In this document: positions 1 to 12,084 of the stretch, in pieces
How the letters are laid out: each line of letters starts with the position of its first letter
Position numbering within the stretch: position 1 is the stretch's first letter
DNA from: Ginglymostoma cirratum
Taxonomy: Eukaryota
Direction: 5' to 3'
NCBI GenBank assembly: GCA_024137785.1
Contig: JAHRHZ010000031.1
Span: 17,441,653 to 17,505,652, forward strand
DNA: 64,000 bases
The notes under the pieces: generated by a model
Seen by the model: only the letters and a program-made list of their open reading frames with translations
Told to the model about the DNA's origin: nothing
Database searches by the model: none
Made by a program: the position numbers and the translations under genes

Positions 1-895
1 TTAGCAAGTTTGCTGATGACACTAAGGTTGGTGGAGTTGTGGTTAAGGTGGAGGGCAGTTATAGGTTGCAACGGGACATTGACAGGATGCAGAGCTGGGC
101 AAAGAGGTGGCAGATGTAATTCAACGCAGAAAAGTGTGAAGTGATTTATTTTGGAAGGTCAAATTTGAATGCAGAATACAGGGTTAATGGCAGGATTCTT
201 GGCAGTGTGGAGGAACGGAGGGATCTTGGGGTCCGTTGTCCACAGATCCCTCAAAGCTGCTATCCAAGTTAATAGGGTTGTAAAGAAGGCGTATGGTATG
301 TTGGCTTTCATTGGCAGGGAAATTGAGTTTAAGAGCCATGAGGTTATGCTGCAGCTCTATAGAACTCTGGTTAGACCACACTTAGAATAATGTGTTCAGT
401 TCTGGTCACCTCATTATAGGAAAGATGTGGAAGCTTTAGACAGGGTGCAGAGGAGACTTATCAAGATGCTGCCTGGACTGGAAGGCAGGTCTTATGAGGA
501 AAAGTTGAGGGAGCTAGGGCTTTTTTCATTGGAGCGAAGAAGGATGAGAGGCGACTTGATAGAGGTGTACAAAATGATGAGGCATAGATAAAGTGGACAC
601 CCAGAGACATTTTCCCAGGGTGGAAATGACTATTACGAGGGGGCATAATTTTAAGGTGATTGGAGGAAGGTATAGGGGAGATGTCAGAGGTAGGTTCTTC
701 ACACAGAGAGTGGTGGGCATGTGGAATGCGCTGCCGGTAGTGGTAGTGGAGTCAGATGCTTTAGAGACATTTAAGCGACTCTTGGATAGGCACATGGAGG
801 ATAGTAAAATGTGGGGTATGCAGGGTAGATTGATCTTAGTACGATAATAGGTTGGCTCAACAGCGTGAGCCGAAGGGCCTGTACTGTTCTATGTT
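1..895 (+). mobile_element. CR1-clade LINE (HER1-like) 3' portion, degenerate
   Basis: [11 protein letters not shown] at the start; KKAYGMLAFI..LYRTLVRPHLE; FFTQRVV..WNALP; tail ending gggcctgtactgttctatgttct; stops and frameshifts. Confidence 0.9.
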
Positions 896-1589
896 CTTTC
901 TAGACCTGGTACATGGCACCAGTACTGGGAATCCCAGGAATACTTCTGACACTGCCAGGTGCACGATAGCACAAGTGGGTCACCATAGAGATGTGCTGCA
1001 TAGCTATTAATGAGCTGTGGAGAATATTGTGAGAGATCTTGTAAGAAGTCACAGAGAGAAATCCTTTGTGAAACATCCTGAAAAGGACACAGCTGCTATA
1101 TGGGAATATTAGTCCAACATTTCCAAAAATAAAAACATGGGATTATGTCAAGTGCCTGGCAAGATACTTATGGTGTGAATTGATGGATTGTTAATATTGC
1201 TCAGAAAACAGATCAGGGGCCATTAATTTAGTTTGTGGCTTCTGAAGAATCAGGTCATCAGTTCGTAAGAACCATTTCCTCCTAGTAGGAGAATCCAGTT
1301 TTCAGTTCAAATGCAGAAGGGTTTTAGTTTGTGAAGTCTCCGTATTGAAAGAGTTTGTATAGAAGTTGTCAGAATTGGGAAGAAACTTAGGCCAACAATC
1401 CAAGGAGAACTAGAAAGAAATCATAAAACAGTCTTAACGGTCTTAGAAGGCAAACTTGTCAGAACCAGTTAAGTAAAGAAACTAAAGAATTCAAATAGGA
1501 GTGATATTTGTCTGGGAGTTGAACGTCTTCAAAACATGCAATAACCATCATGAACAAATAAAAATTTACAGCACAAAAAAAATAAAGCG

Positions 1590-2370
1590 GCCCAATTGAA
1601 CATGTTTGCTATTTAAGCTACCTACAAGCCTATTGCAGTTCATGTTTCTTCTTTCCTGCCTTGTATGACAATTTATTACTCCATCAACCTCAAATTTACC
1701 CTTAAATGCATCACCATGTAGCAGAGAATTCCACATTTTCTCCATTCACCCTGCCCTCCTTTAAGATTTTTTAATGACACATTTGCCTCTTCTTCTTTTC
1801 AACCGTTTCTGCTAGCTGCATCTTCTCAATTTTAGCAATACCTTTGCAAATCTTTTCTGTACTTGCTCCAGTGTTTTATGCTTCTGTTGTCTCAGGACCA
1901 TAACTCTGCACATGATTTCAACTTCACTTGCACTGTGGATTGAAAATTACTGCTTTTATCTATTCCTTTACAAACAAGTATCAGTGCTTTCTTGCACTTT
2001 TCATGACTTCAGCATCTTGCTCCAGTACTTCTTCCAATTTATGTTTTCTTTGTGTTTCAATCCCACTTAGTTTCTCACCTTTCTAGGGGTAAATCATCAT
2101 ATTTTATCTCACAAAATAAATTACTTTACACTTACCCAGTCTGAATGTCTTTCTATACTTTGATACAATCCTTTCCATTATTAACCGTACACCGGTCTCC
2201 TTCAAGTGCACCATCCACCCCACATCCTCAATTTGATTGATACATGAGAGTTTTGACATTGATTCAAAAGAGTTCAAATCATTTATACACACAGTGAATC
2301 ATGGTCCAGTGTGGATCCCTATGGGAAACCACTTCCCACTTTCTGCCATCCTGAGAAACTTTCATTAACC
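1590..2370 (-). mobile_element. Old CR1 LINE fragment
   Basis: ORF 2104..2292 (INDL...LGKCKVIYF) resembles decayed CR1 RT. Confidence 0.55.
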
Positions 2371-5099
2371 AACTTGTAGCCAATATTTATTGATTTATAC
2401 GGGGCCAATCAAGATTCTGGGTGGCTAAAGTGTAAACCAACATCCATTCAATTAAAAAAATCTTCACATAACTTACCAACTTAAAAATAAGGGAGAAAAT
2501 TATACCAACGATTACTTGCATTTATTTAGCACTGCTAATGTGAAAGAAAAACATCCCAAGCCACTACTCAGATAGGGGCTGAGAAAACAACCACCTAGTC
2601 AGAGCATGATTAGGAAAGGCAATCACAATTTGACAGACGAGGAGATTGACAGGAATAAGTTATTCCATGACAATGGTCTGAAAGAAGTGTTGCCACAAAA
2701 TTGAATGGCATTTGCAATTGAAAACATGTAGCATTTTGAAATTGAGCTAAGAACACGAAGATCATAGTCCAACTGATAACTTGCAAAGAACTTAGCAGTG
2801 ACAATTTTGCAATATGCTTCAGCAATGAAGTTGCAGGCATGGGAGATATGTGGAAGTAAGTTTGGTAGGTTGCTGTTGCACATTTTGTGAAATTTACATA
2901 GTGCAGAAACAAAACTCTGGCAGAAAGGATTAAGCATGGTGCTTCTCAGAGTGTTCTAGCTTCTTACTATTGCAGCCAAAACCAGATGAGTGATAGATAT
3001 CCTATCACAACACTGACTTGTATTGTTCAGATAGCAGAGGCATTTTTTTTGCGGCGGGGTTGGTGGCAAGAAGGGAGTCTGAAATTGAGCCTCAGTATCC
3101 AGCCTCTGCTTTTATGGCCAGTGTTGAGATGCTTAGTTCAGCTTCTGGGTTAGTTTGGTAGAGGTGAATATAGTATGAGCCTGGTAAGGAGAACAAACTC
3201 TTTTAAAAGACCAGTTGGGCTGAATTAATTGCTTTTGAGCTGTCATCTGTATTGACGGATTTTGTAGGTCATTACAGGTCAGAGAAGGCAACTAGCTCTT
3301 TTTCTTGTTGTAAATGGCATTGTCTGAAACTCTTGTGCTACAATTATACTTACCACTTCTCAGACAACTACATGTTATCCAGGCGTTGCTATGGGCAGCT
3401 ATATCAGCTTCTTCCAAAAAAAAAAAAAGTTTTGAAAAACTGAAAAACTATAATCATCAGCTAAGAACCTCATTTATGACTAAAACAATGGATAATCATT
3501 GGTGAAGCAGCTGCATCAACGTCATGAAGCAGTGATGACCGGTCTCCTAACGTTATCATCTGTGGATCAGCCATGACTCAGGCCAAGGGGGTGGTTGGGC
3601 AGGGATGCAGGTAAACTCCTTTATCCAGGTTTTGCCAGGGCTTTCCATCACCTTTCCATCATTGGCTGATAAGGGTTATGATGAGGCCTGAAGTCAAGTA
3701 GCTCCGCTGTAAACTGAACTAACAAATAATTGATAAATAAGATCCTCTGACTGGCTAGATTAGTTTGTTGCTATTGATTAACAAAAGCTGTTTAGGTCCA
3801 TAATTGTTTGAATTTGCCCTTTGCATCGAGTATAGCAGCACATACCTCTATTGTTCACTAGTGTCAAAGTTGAACTGAAATGGTTTGGCTAGGGGCAAGA
3901 CAGCAGTCAGCGTGCTTTCTTTCATCAGTACAAGCACGATGTGCTACATTGTTCTATTACTTAGTGGTGAAGGAGGATGCTTCAGCTGGACTTGTCCACT
4001 CCTTTTCTTTTCTCTTTTGTCTTTTTTCTCCTCCTCCTGTCTCATCTCAGATTCTGACCTCACTGCCTCAGACTTCCCGGCCTCAGTGCAGACCCAGCGA
4101 GGTGTGCTCTCAACCTGACATGGCAGCCTCCCAGCCTGATGTGACGATTTCTCAGCCCAGCGTGGTCTGGAGTCAAAGCCCACTGCAGACTGGAAGCTAG
4201 GTGCCAGTGTGGACTGGGTTAGAAGATTCTTGTTCTGAACTTTCTTTTCTGCACTTTATAATTTAACTAAAATTTGCAATGCTGGACTTCCTACTTCTCT
4301 ATTTTGCTAAGAATTGTAACTAAAGGACCTTTGTGCCTAAGAAGGCACTGTAAGTGGCAACTCATACACTGTTCACTGTACTCATTTGAGTACATGCGAC
4401 AATGCAGCTAATTCTAATCCTATTTGTGTACATCTTCAGAACTACTGCTGGAATGCTACCAAAACTTAGCTTTTTTGTGTGGCCAGGGCTCTCAAATACT
4501 GCTTTGCAATGTGTCGAATGAACATTTTCAGGACACTTGTGTGTCATGTACAAATCCTTTAGACAAGTAGAATTATTCACTGTTCTTTTTGTTTGTGGTA
4601 TTGGCAAGCACTAAAACTCTTTTTTCTTGCACTTGTGTGTGCTGGGCTCCACCAGGGGTAGGGCTGGAAATACGTATACTATCTTCTTCCACGACTGACT
4701 TCATTGTTCACAACTATCCTTCAAAAGACATGGCAGGTTTAGAGATCTTTGGCCTAATCAGTTGATCGTAGAACAATTTAGTGCTACCTATAAGCTTGGT
4801 GCTTTGAGTGTTCAGCACATTGATGGAATCACTTATTTTGAAATCAGTACAGATGGCTTTGGGGAACCATTTCCATTTTATTCCTAGAAACTTTTATCGG
4901 CCACCTTCAGGCATGGTCTGGATTCTGCGAAGTTACCATTGACTCAACTGACCGTAGGGCTGTTCTGTCATTACAGCCAACTGGTGGTGGTTTAACATCA
5001 GGTTCACCACACCTCACAAGGTTGATAAAGTGGTGAGCCAGCACTCGACAGCACAAACCAGCAGTGCAACTGGTCTATTCTTTGGTTCGATTTCCCCAA

Positions 5100-6233
5100 C
5101 TGTAGTTTTCGTAACAAGATCAGCCAGGTGGATCTCAGAATACGAGATCCCTGATTGGACAAGATTAACAGCCCCAATCAAGGGGACCTGGCTGACAGAC
5201 ATAAAACAGGAGTATCAGAGGTTCTGATCACTCAGAGCTGGAAAAACAGCAAAACCCTAAAACAAAGCCAAGCCTCGGCCAAACTGTTAAAATTTTCTTC
5301 AGGATCCATGCCGGCATGCCATTGCAGTTGTACATGGACTTGAGACAGTAAGAGTCCCACTAGACCTAAACTGAGTAGGAAAACTCAAGAGGCCATTATC
5401 GAGGAAAGTGCACGCACTGGCAAGACTACCTACATCTGATTCAGAGCAGTTAAATTGCTTAGCAACATCCAAATCAGAACCAATCAAAATAAACGTGGGG
5501 TTAAATGGTGATCCAGTTCTAATGGAGGTCGATACTGGCATGGCCATTTCAGTAATCGCAAAACTAGTCTTTTACAAAATTTGCTCTAGACTTAGGTTTG
5601 CACAAGACTTCAGCTGGACTGAGAACCTACACCATGGAACCTTTACAGATTAATGGTACAACTTTGGTTCTGGTCTCTTATGAGAAGGAACTGGTTCGGT
5701 TACCACTGATTGCAGTAAAAGGTTGGGCCTAAACTTGATGGGGCGAAATTGGCTGAGAAAGGCTCACCTTGATTGGCTCAACCTTTTTCCATCAGAAAAT
5801 GGCAGTCTGAATGAAGTCCTAATTAAATATCTGGAAGCTTTTCAGCGGGTCTGGGACTACTGAAGGAGCCAAACCTATCTTGCATGTTGGCCAAGAAGCA
5901 ATTCCACGATTCTGCGAGGCCTGCCCTGTGCCATCTGCATTATGGGAAAAAGTAGAGGCAGAAATCAGGAGGCTGCAAAACAAAGAAATCATCAAACTAA
6001 TCCAGTTTCTGTGATGGACAGTACCAGTCATATCAATTGCAAAGCCCAACAGATCGGTTAACCTTTGTGGGGATTTTAAATAAACAGTAAACTGCTTTCT
6101 GCAGCTGGATAAGTACCCAATCCCTCAAAACTGGCAGTGGGGACTGTCCTCCACGAAACTGGATATGAGCCATGCACACTTGCAAATAAAGGATGACTTG
6201 GTGATGGGATACCAGCCTCTTTGGCATTATTTC
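5100..6233 (+). mobile_element. Gypsy/Ty3 LTR retrotransposon remnant (protease + RT start)
   Basis: PIKINVGLNGDPVLMEVDTGMAISVI aspartic-protease motif; LMGRNWL; RT N-terminus LCGDFK*TVN..LQLDKYPIP; many stops; ends with AATAAA...TTTCA. Confidence 0.8.
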
Positions 6234-6574
6234 ACCAACCATATCTAATTCTGCTCCGGTTAAGTATATCACTATGCACCTTCAATATGTTGACACATTC
6301 TAAAATTTGCCTCATACTGTTCCTGGTACATTCCTTTACAGTATGTTCCATTAATGCAAGATTAGTCTCCAAGCCTGACAGTGCCAAGGAACGAATTATC
6401 TTCCAGGCCATAAGTTTAGAGATTAAAACTGCATCTATTTCTGCTGCTGTTAATATTGTACTGTGTTCAAGAGATGCCTAATTTCAGGCAGCTGAAACTG
6501 TCACATTCTTGATCTAATTCAGTCCTTAACCTGTCACATTCAGAATAGCATTCATGCTATACTGTTTATCAGAG

Positions 6575-6616
6575 GTAGTAAAACCCAAAACTGAAGACAG
6601 AACAAATTTATTTATT
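6575..6616 (-). terminator. Polyadenylation signal (overlapping AATAAATAAA) with downstream U/GU-rich element
   Basis: Plus strand tttatttatt at 6607-6616; the minus strand continues TTTGTTCTGTCTTCAGTTTTTGGGTTTT. Confidence 0.6.
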
Positions 6617-7905
6617 TCTTGCCAAGATGCTGTATTATGTACAGTGGTATATTAGAGTTGCAATAGAAAAATGTGCAGTTAAAGTGGGACTGTATTATTC
6701 ATGAACACAGACAATGGTATTTAAATTACAATACAACTACACTCAGAAGTATTATACATGAGTTTATATAACTACAATGTTTATTAGCCATAATGCACAA
6801 AGCATTCTTTCATAAGTATGTTGTTACCTATGCAAAAAATGTTTTCTTACTAAAACGAATTTACCTTGTATAAAAAGGCAACCAGCAACAAAATAAAAAT
6901 CTCTAGTTTCATAGACTACGTACTTATGTAAAATAGTCATTTCTTCCAATTAACACATTTATGAAATACATTCAAGTTGTTACTGGCTAGGAGATTTTAC
7001 ATTCGTGTCCCTGATTTATTATTTTTTTCACAGGCACAGATAGTAACACAGCTTACTATCAGTATGTTAGGTCTCACAGTGTAAAAAACATGGCTGGTTG
7101 ACTGTACATCACCAGTCAACAAATTACAAAGAAAAACTAAGGATAAGAACATAGTATAAACACACAAACGTTAAAGGCCTTTAAGATAATCTGCCAAAAC
7201 ATTGTGCTGGTCTAGTTTTCAATTACTGCATAACAGTGTAAACCACTGCCTGATCCCTTTAAGGGCGACAGTATTAGCCTGGTTGATCATATGACAAAAA
7301 TCATATGTACAAGATCGATTGCTCCACTGGAGCATAAGAGGAGCCAGGTAAGAATAGTCACAGGGTTTGCTGAGGCAAGAATACCTGATCACTCAAAAAT
7401 CCTTCTAGTAATCTAGAAGCTTTGCATAAACATTTTAGTACAGTAAAATCCTGATGCAGATATCCTTTGGATTTTAGCTATTTGGTACCAGGACACTAAA
7501 AGCAGTTATGGATTAACAAAAACCTGCGAATGGAACACTGCATTCCTACACATTAACACCAGGAAGATAAAAATGATAATTCTGTATCCTATGTCTAACA
7601 GTAGACTTAATTGTGTTGAGTTACCAAAGCATGTACAGAAACACCTTAAATGCATAATATTCAGTACTTTTGCATCCTTGTTATATGAAATACAAAAATG
7701 ACAAAACTTCCTTGGACACTGCAAAATAGACCCATTTCAAATATATTGCAGGATGAAACTGTACATTTTCTTGGTTTAAAAGTCATTAAATAGCAATACA
7801 ACTGGTCCTCTAAGAAAAATCATAAAATTATTTCATATAAAGAGGAATTCAGTGGCTTTGAGGACAAACATTTCCATCAGGCGGACAAAAGAAAGAAACG
7901 ATCTT
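6590..7905 (-). other. scml2: scml2 3' UTR
   Basis: AT-rich stretch with no recognisable repeats after the stop; AATAAA on the minus strand at 7015-7020, 6780-6785 and overlapping 6607-6616. The exact end is inferred. Confidence 0.65.
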
Positions 7906-8031
7906 TTAGTATTTTCCATGTTTCAATCTCTCAATGTGATAACAAATCTTCAAAGCCGGGCCCAATTTCAATCCCATATATTTCATTATCATGTCGCTTC
8001 GTAGTAAGAGTAATGCCTTTCCATCAATTTC
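7906..8031 (-). CDS. scml2: SCML2-like terminal coding exon, SAM C-half ([41 protein letters not shown])
   Basis: 126 nt, acceptor ttgcag|GAA, TAA at 7908-7906; canonical Scm/Ph SAM motifs [10 protein letters not shown] and GLKLGPALK. Confidence 0.97.
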   Translation of the reverse strand, partial: EIDGKALLLLRSDMIMKYMGLKLGPALKICYHIERLKHGKY

Positions 8032-8136
8032 CTGCAACATGCCATAATAATAAGTATTAAAACATGTTTAGCAAACAGATTCTCAGACCTAGTACATGTT
8101 AAAAAGATATTCCAAAGAGCTCTGAAAAATACTTAC

Positions 8137-8300
8137 ATGTTTTCTGAAAAGATCAGCATGTGGTGCTAAAGCCTGGGGATCTGCTTCCTTAACAAACTTC
8201 ATTACTTCTTCAATGGACCAAGTGGAAGGATCTTTACTACTAGTTCTTGGGGATTCACGTTCTGTCGAATGAAGGTCAGGTCCAGTTGTAGAACTTGCAG
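8137..8300 (-). CDS. scml2: SCML2-like exon, SAM domain N-half (...SKDPSTWSIEEVMKFVKEADPQALAPHADLFRKH)
   Basis: 164 nt, phase 1 to 0; acceptor gtgtag|CT, donor CAT|gtaagt; SKDPSTWS is SCML2-type. Confidence 0.96.
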
Positions 8301-8889
8301 CTACACCAAAAAGGTAAATAAATACAAAGCCAGGCATTAATTTCTACCAGGAACATTGAATTCAGTTTTCCGGATCCGAATAAACTCATCTAGGTGGATG
8401 ATTTTGCGACTCATGATAACAAAAAGTACATAAAATTTAACTTCCATTTCTAGAAACATTAATTTTTTTTTGATGGGCACAATACTGGCTATTTTCTATC
8501 TTACCCAAAGATTAATGCCAGCACTTTAATAACTACAGGTTGGTCAGTTTAACATCAATAATGGGTAAGATTTTGGAAAATCAGGAAATAAAAATCAACA
8601 GGCATCTGAAGAGGTGGAGTTAATTAAGGTCATGCTACACAAATTTGTAAATGGCAGATTATGCATGACCAATTTAACTGATTTTTTTGATCCAGTAACA
8701 GAAAAGGTTACAGAAGAGAATATCAATTTTTTTTAAAAATTATTTTTAAAGAAAACTAGTGCCATTCCATCCACCTTCAATGACTTTTAGACATTTACAT
8801 CCAAGTCCCTCTGACCCTGCAGCACCTTTAGAATGTAAACTTTTATTTTATTAAAAGCACAATATGAAGAATGTTGGGGCTCTTAGATA

Positions 8890-8985
8890 AAAGCAAAAAC
8901 TGGAGATACTCAGCAGGTCTGGCAGCACCTGCAGAGAAAGAAATGGTTAATTTTTCAAGTTCAATATGACTCTTCTTCAGTACTG
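8890..8985 (-). mobile_element. Penelope pLTR-derived solo unit with degenerate hammerhead
   Basis: Minus strand CTGAAGAAGAGTCATATTGAACTTGAAAAATTAACC...GCTGCCAGACCTGCTGAG; same family as 17197, 43411 and 60288. Confidence 0.65.
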
Positions 8986-8989
8986 TTTA

Positions 8990-9600
8990 CATGATCTTCA
9001 TATGGTTCCAATCATAATGCTTCATTTTATTAATGCATTAAACGCCATTGGCTAGTTGACTGTCCACTTCAACAACTTATCTTTGTCCTTTTGCACTTCT
9101 ACACTATTTTCATAGCTCAATGCTTCTAATTTTTGTATCACCTGCCAATTCCACAACTTTATATGTATTTACATACCAGGAGGAGTAAGGATCACATTAT
9201 CAACACTTGGGAACTCCATTATAAACCATCCTCCGTTCCAAAACACATCCATCAACTACTACACTGTTTCCTATCATTGAGTAATTTTATATTCAGCTGC
9301 TACTGTCAAATAAAAGTTCCATAAGCATTAGAAGCCTGTGGTGTGATATCTATCTTTTGGATATTCAAATAACAAATAACAGTCTTACTCTCATTCTTCT
9401 CAATTACCTCTTGAAAAAACTCCAGCAAGTTTGTTAATCGTAATCGGTTCTAACAAAGCCATGCTGGCTGCCCTTAATTAACCTGGATAGGCTCAAGTGA
9501 CTAATAACTTTATGTAGAATTATTGTTTCTAGAAATATCGCTATCACCAAAGTTAAACTAACCAGCCTGTAGTTGCTGCATCTTTTTCTGAAATTCACAG
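8990..9600 (-). mobile_element. Old CR1 LINE fragment
   Basis: Decayed RT region (QHGF...LTNLLEFF on the minus strand near 9420-9470). Confidence 0.55.
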
Positions 9601-10229
9601 TTCTTCCACCCAGTACAACCAGCCTGTGTACACTTGCTACATCTCATTTGGTCTGGTGTCTTAACAACATTTTAGCACAAACAACCAAAGCATCTCATCA
9701 ATTCTGAATCCTTCAAGTTTTTGAATTACCTCCTCTTTCACCATAACCCAAGAAATATCAATACTCAGTCTCTCTACCAAGTAAGTTTAGTTAATGTCTC
9801 AGCTATTCTTCCACCTACCTGCATAAACCCTTTTCTAGGCTTTAAATCAGTCCCACTCTTGTTACAACCTTTTAACTTATACCTATGGGAGATTTGAGGA
9901 TTTCCTTTTATACGCTCTTTGGTTCTCTTAGTTGATTTTACACTTCTCCTCTGATGCTAATCAAGAACCAGGTAGCAACCCAACAAGCGGAGAAATTTCT
10001 CCTTGATGCCAATCTTAGTGAAATGCAGCCTTGATGTCAACAGCAGTTACTCTCACCTCACCTCTGGAATTACTGCTCTTTATTCATGTTTGAACCAAGG
10101 CTGAAATGAAGAAAACACCTGAGTGGCCCTGGCAGAATCCAAACTATGTGGCAGTAAGTAGATTATTGCAAAGCAAATGCAGTATTATAGCACTGTCATT
10201 TGATTCTTACCATCACTTTGCTTTACAAG

Positions 10230-10535
10230 CAACATCACATTAACAGGGACTAAAAGCTGACAAATTTCCAGGACTTGATGTCTATACCCTGGGTTTCTAT
10301 AAGTAATAACTGCTGAGACAGGAGACATATTGGGTATAATTTGCCAAAATTTTCTAGATTCTTGAGCAGTCCCAACAGTTTGAAAGTTAGCAAATGCAAC
10401 TGCTCTTCAAGAAGGGTGAGGGGAAAAGAGGGAGAAAAAGGAACAACAAACCCATTAGCCTGACATTAATCATTGGGAAAGAACTGGAATCTCTTATCAT
10501 GGAATGCTTAACAATACATGCAGAAAGTCATAGTG
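10230..10535 (+). mobile_element. CR1 LINE fragment
   Basis: LFKKG...PISLTLIIGKELESLI (ORF 10394..10618). Confidence 0.75.
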
Positions 10536-10549
10536 AACAGAGGTTTTCT

Positions 10550-11080
10550 TTTTCATTCATGGGATGTGGTGAGCTGTCTTTAACCATTGCAGTCCATGTG
10601 CCATGGGTAGATCTATAATGCCATTAGGGAGGAAGGGAATTCCAGGATTTTGACCCAGCGACACTGAAGGTACATCGATATATTTCCAATTTGGGGTGGT
10701 GAGTAGCTTGGAGGGGAACTTGTAGACGGTGGTGTGCCTTTGACCTTCTAGATCGCAGTGTTTGGAAGATGCTGTCTAAAGATCTTTGGTGAATTTCTGC
10801 AGCGCATCTTGTAGATGGTGCACATTGTTGCTGAGCATTGATGCTAGAGGGAGTGGAGGATGTCAAGGTTTTTGCAAGTTGTTGGAGCTGCAGTCATCAA
10901 GGGGAGTATTCCATCATACTTCTGACCTGTGCCTTGTAGATGGTGGGCAAACTTTGGGGAGTCAGGAAATGTGTTCTCACTGTCGTATTCCTAGCCTTTG
11001 ACCTACTCTTGTAGCCACTGTATTTATATGATTAGTCCAATTCAGTTTCTGGTCAACGGTAACTCAAAAGATGTTGATAG
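10550..11080 (-). mobile_element. Second non-LTR LINE family (CR1/L2 superclade), 3' end
   Basis: Minus strand reads HSL*H...CTIYKMRCRNSPK and SKSWNSLP; tail ccacatcccatgaatgaaa; related copies at ~16180-16620 and ~48225-48800. Confidence 0.65.
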
Positions 11081-11099
11081 TGTGTCAGAAATGTCACAT

Positions 11100-11820
11100 T
11101 TCACAGGATTTATTGGAGGTTTTTGAGGATATATCAGTAGGGTAGTTTTAAAAAGAATTGCTAGTGGATGTAGTATGGTTGAATTTCCACAACGTATCTG
11201 ATAAGGTACCAGGATAAAATGCAAGATGAGGACTCATGGATCTGGGGTAGTACATTAGCATGCTTTGAGCTTTGCTCAACACACAGGAAGCGAGACAATA
11301 GGATAAACAAAGCTTTCAATTGGGCAAGCTGTAACTGGTGGGGCTCTGCAAGGATCCGTGCTCGAGCCACAGCAAGGAGATTGTAAACTGAGGATTAGAG
11401 AGGGTGCAATAATACATAAATAAGTGGGTGACAAAATTAGTAGTGGGGAAATTGCTGGAGTTACTTTCAAAGATCTAATAACAGAACACCTGGAAAGCAT
11501 TAATGGGGTTAGACATGTCGGTGTGGATTTTAGAAAGGGAAATCATGCTCAACTAATCTTTTGGAAGTTTTTGAGGAGGTAACTTGTAGGACAGATAATC
11601 AAAAACCAATGGATGCAGAATATTTGGGTTTTGGTTAAGCTTTTGATAATAAAGTACATGGGATTGGGGAAATATACTGGCAAGGACAGAGAATTGATTC
11701 ACAGACCAGAAACAGAGGTGGAATAAATAAGTGTTTTTCTAGGTGGCATGTAACAGATCAGTGCTTGGGCCTCACCTATATATAAATGGTATAGATGGTT
11801 GTATAAATGGTTTGAGTGAG
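11100..11820 (+). mobile_element. CR1 LINE fragments
   Basis: GKSCSTNLLEVFEEV-like and QGSVL-like RT segments. Confidence 0.7.
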
Positions 11821-11824
11821 CATA

Positions 11825-12015
11825 ATCATAGAATCACAGAATCCCTGCAGTATGGAAGGAGGCTATTTGGCCCCACACTGACCCAGCACGCAACCTCACA
11901 TCTACTCTGGTTAATCCTCCTAGCTGACATATCCTTGAATACTACGAGGAATTTCAGCAGGGGCAATCCACCTAATCTGCATATCTTTGGACTGTGGGTG
12001 GAAACCGGAGCACCT
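11825..12015 (-). mobile_element. HE1-type (V-SINE) partial copy
   Basis: atcatagaatcacagaatccctgcagt tail and caatccacctaatctgcatatctttggactgtgg core, matching the 35088 copy. Confidence 0.75.
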
Positions 12016-12084
12016 AGACATGGATAATTGTGAAGTTATACAGTTCCATATGTAAACAGAAAGGCAGAGTAGTATTTAACAGTG

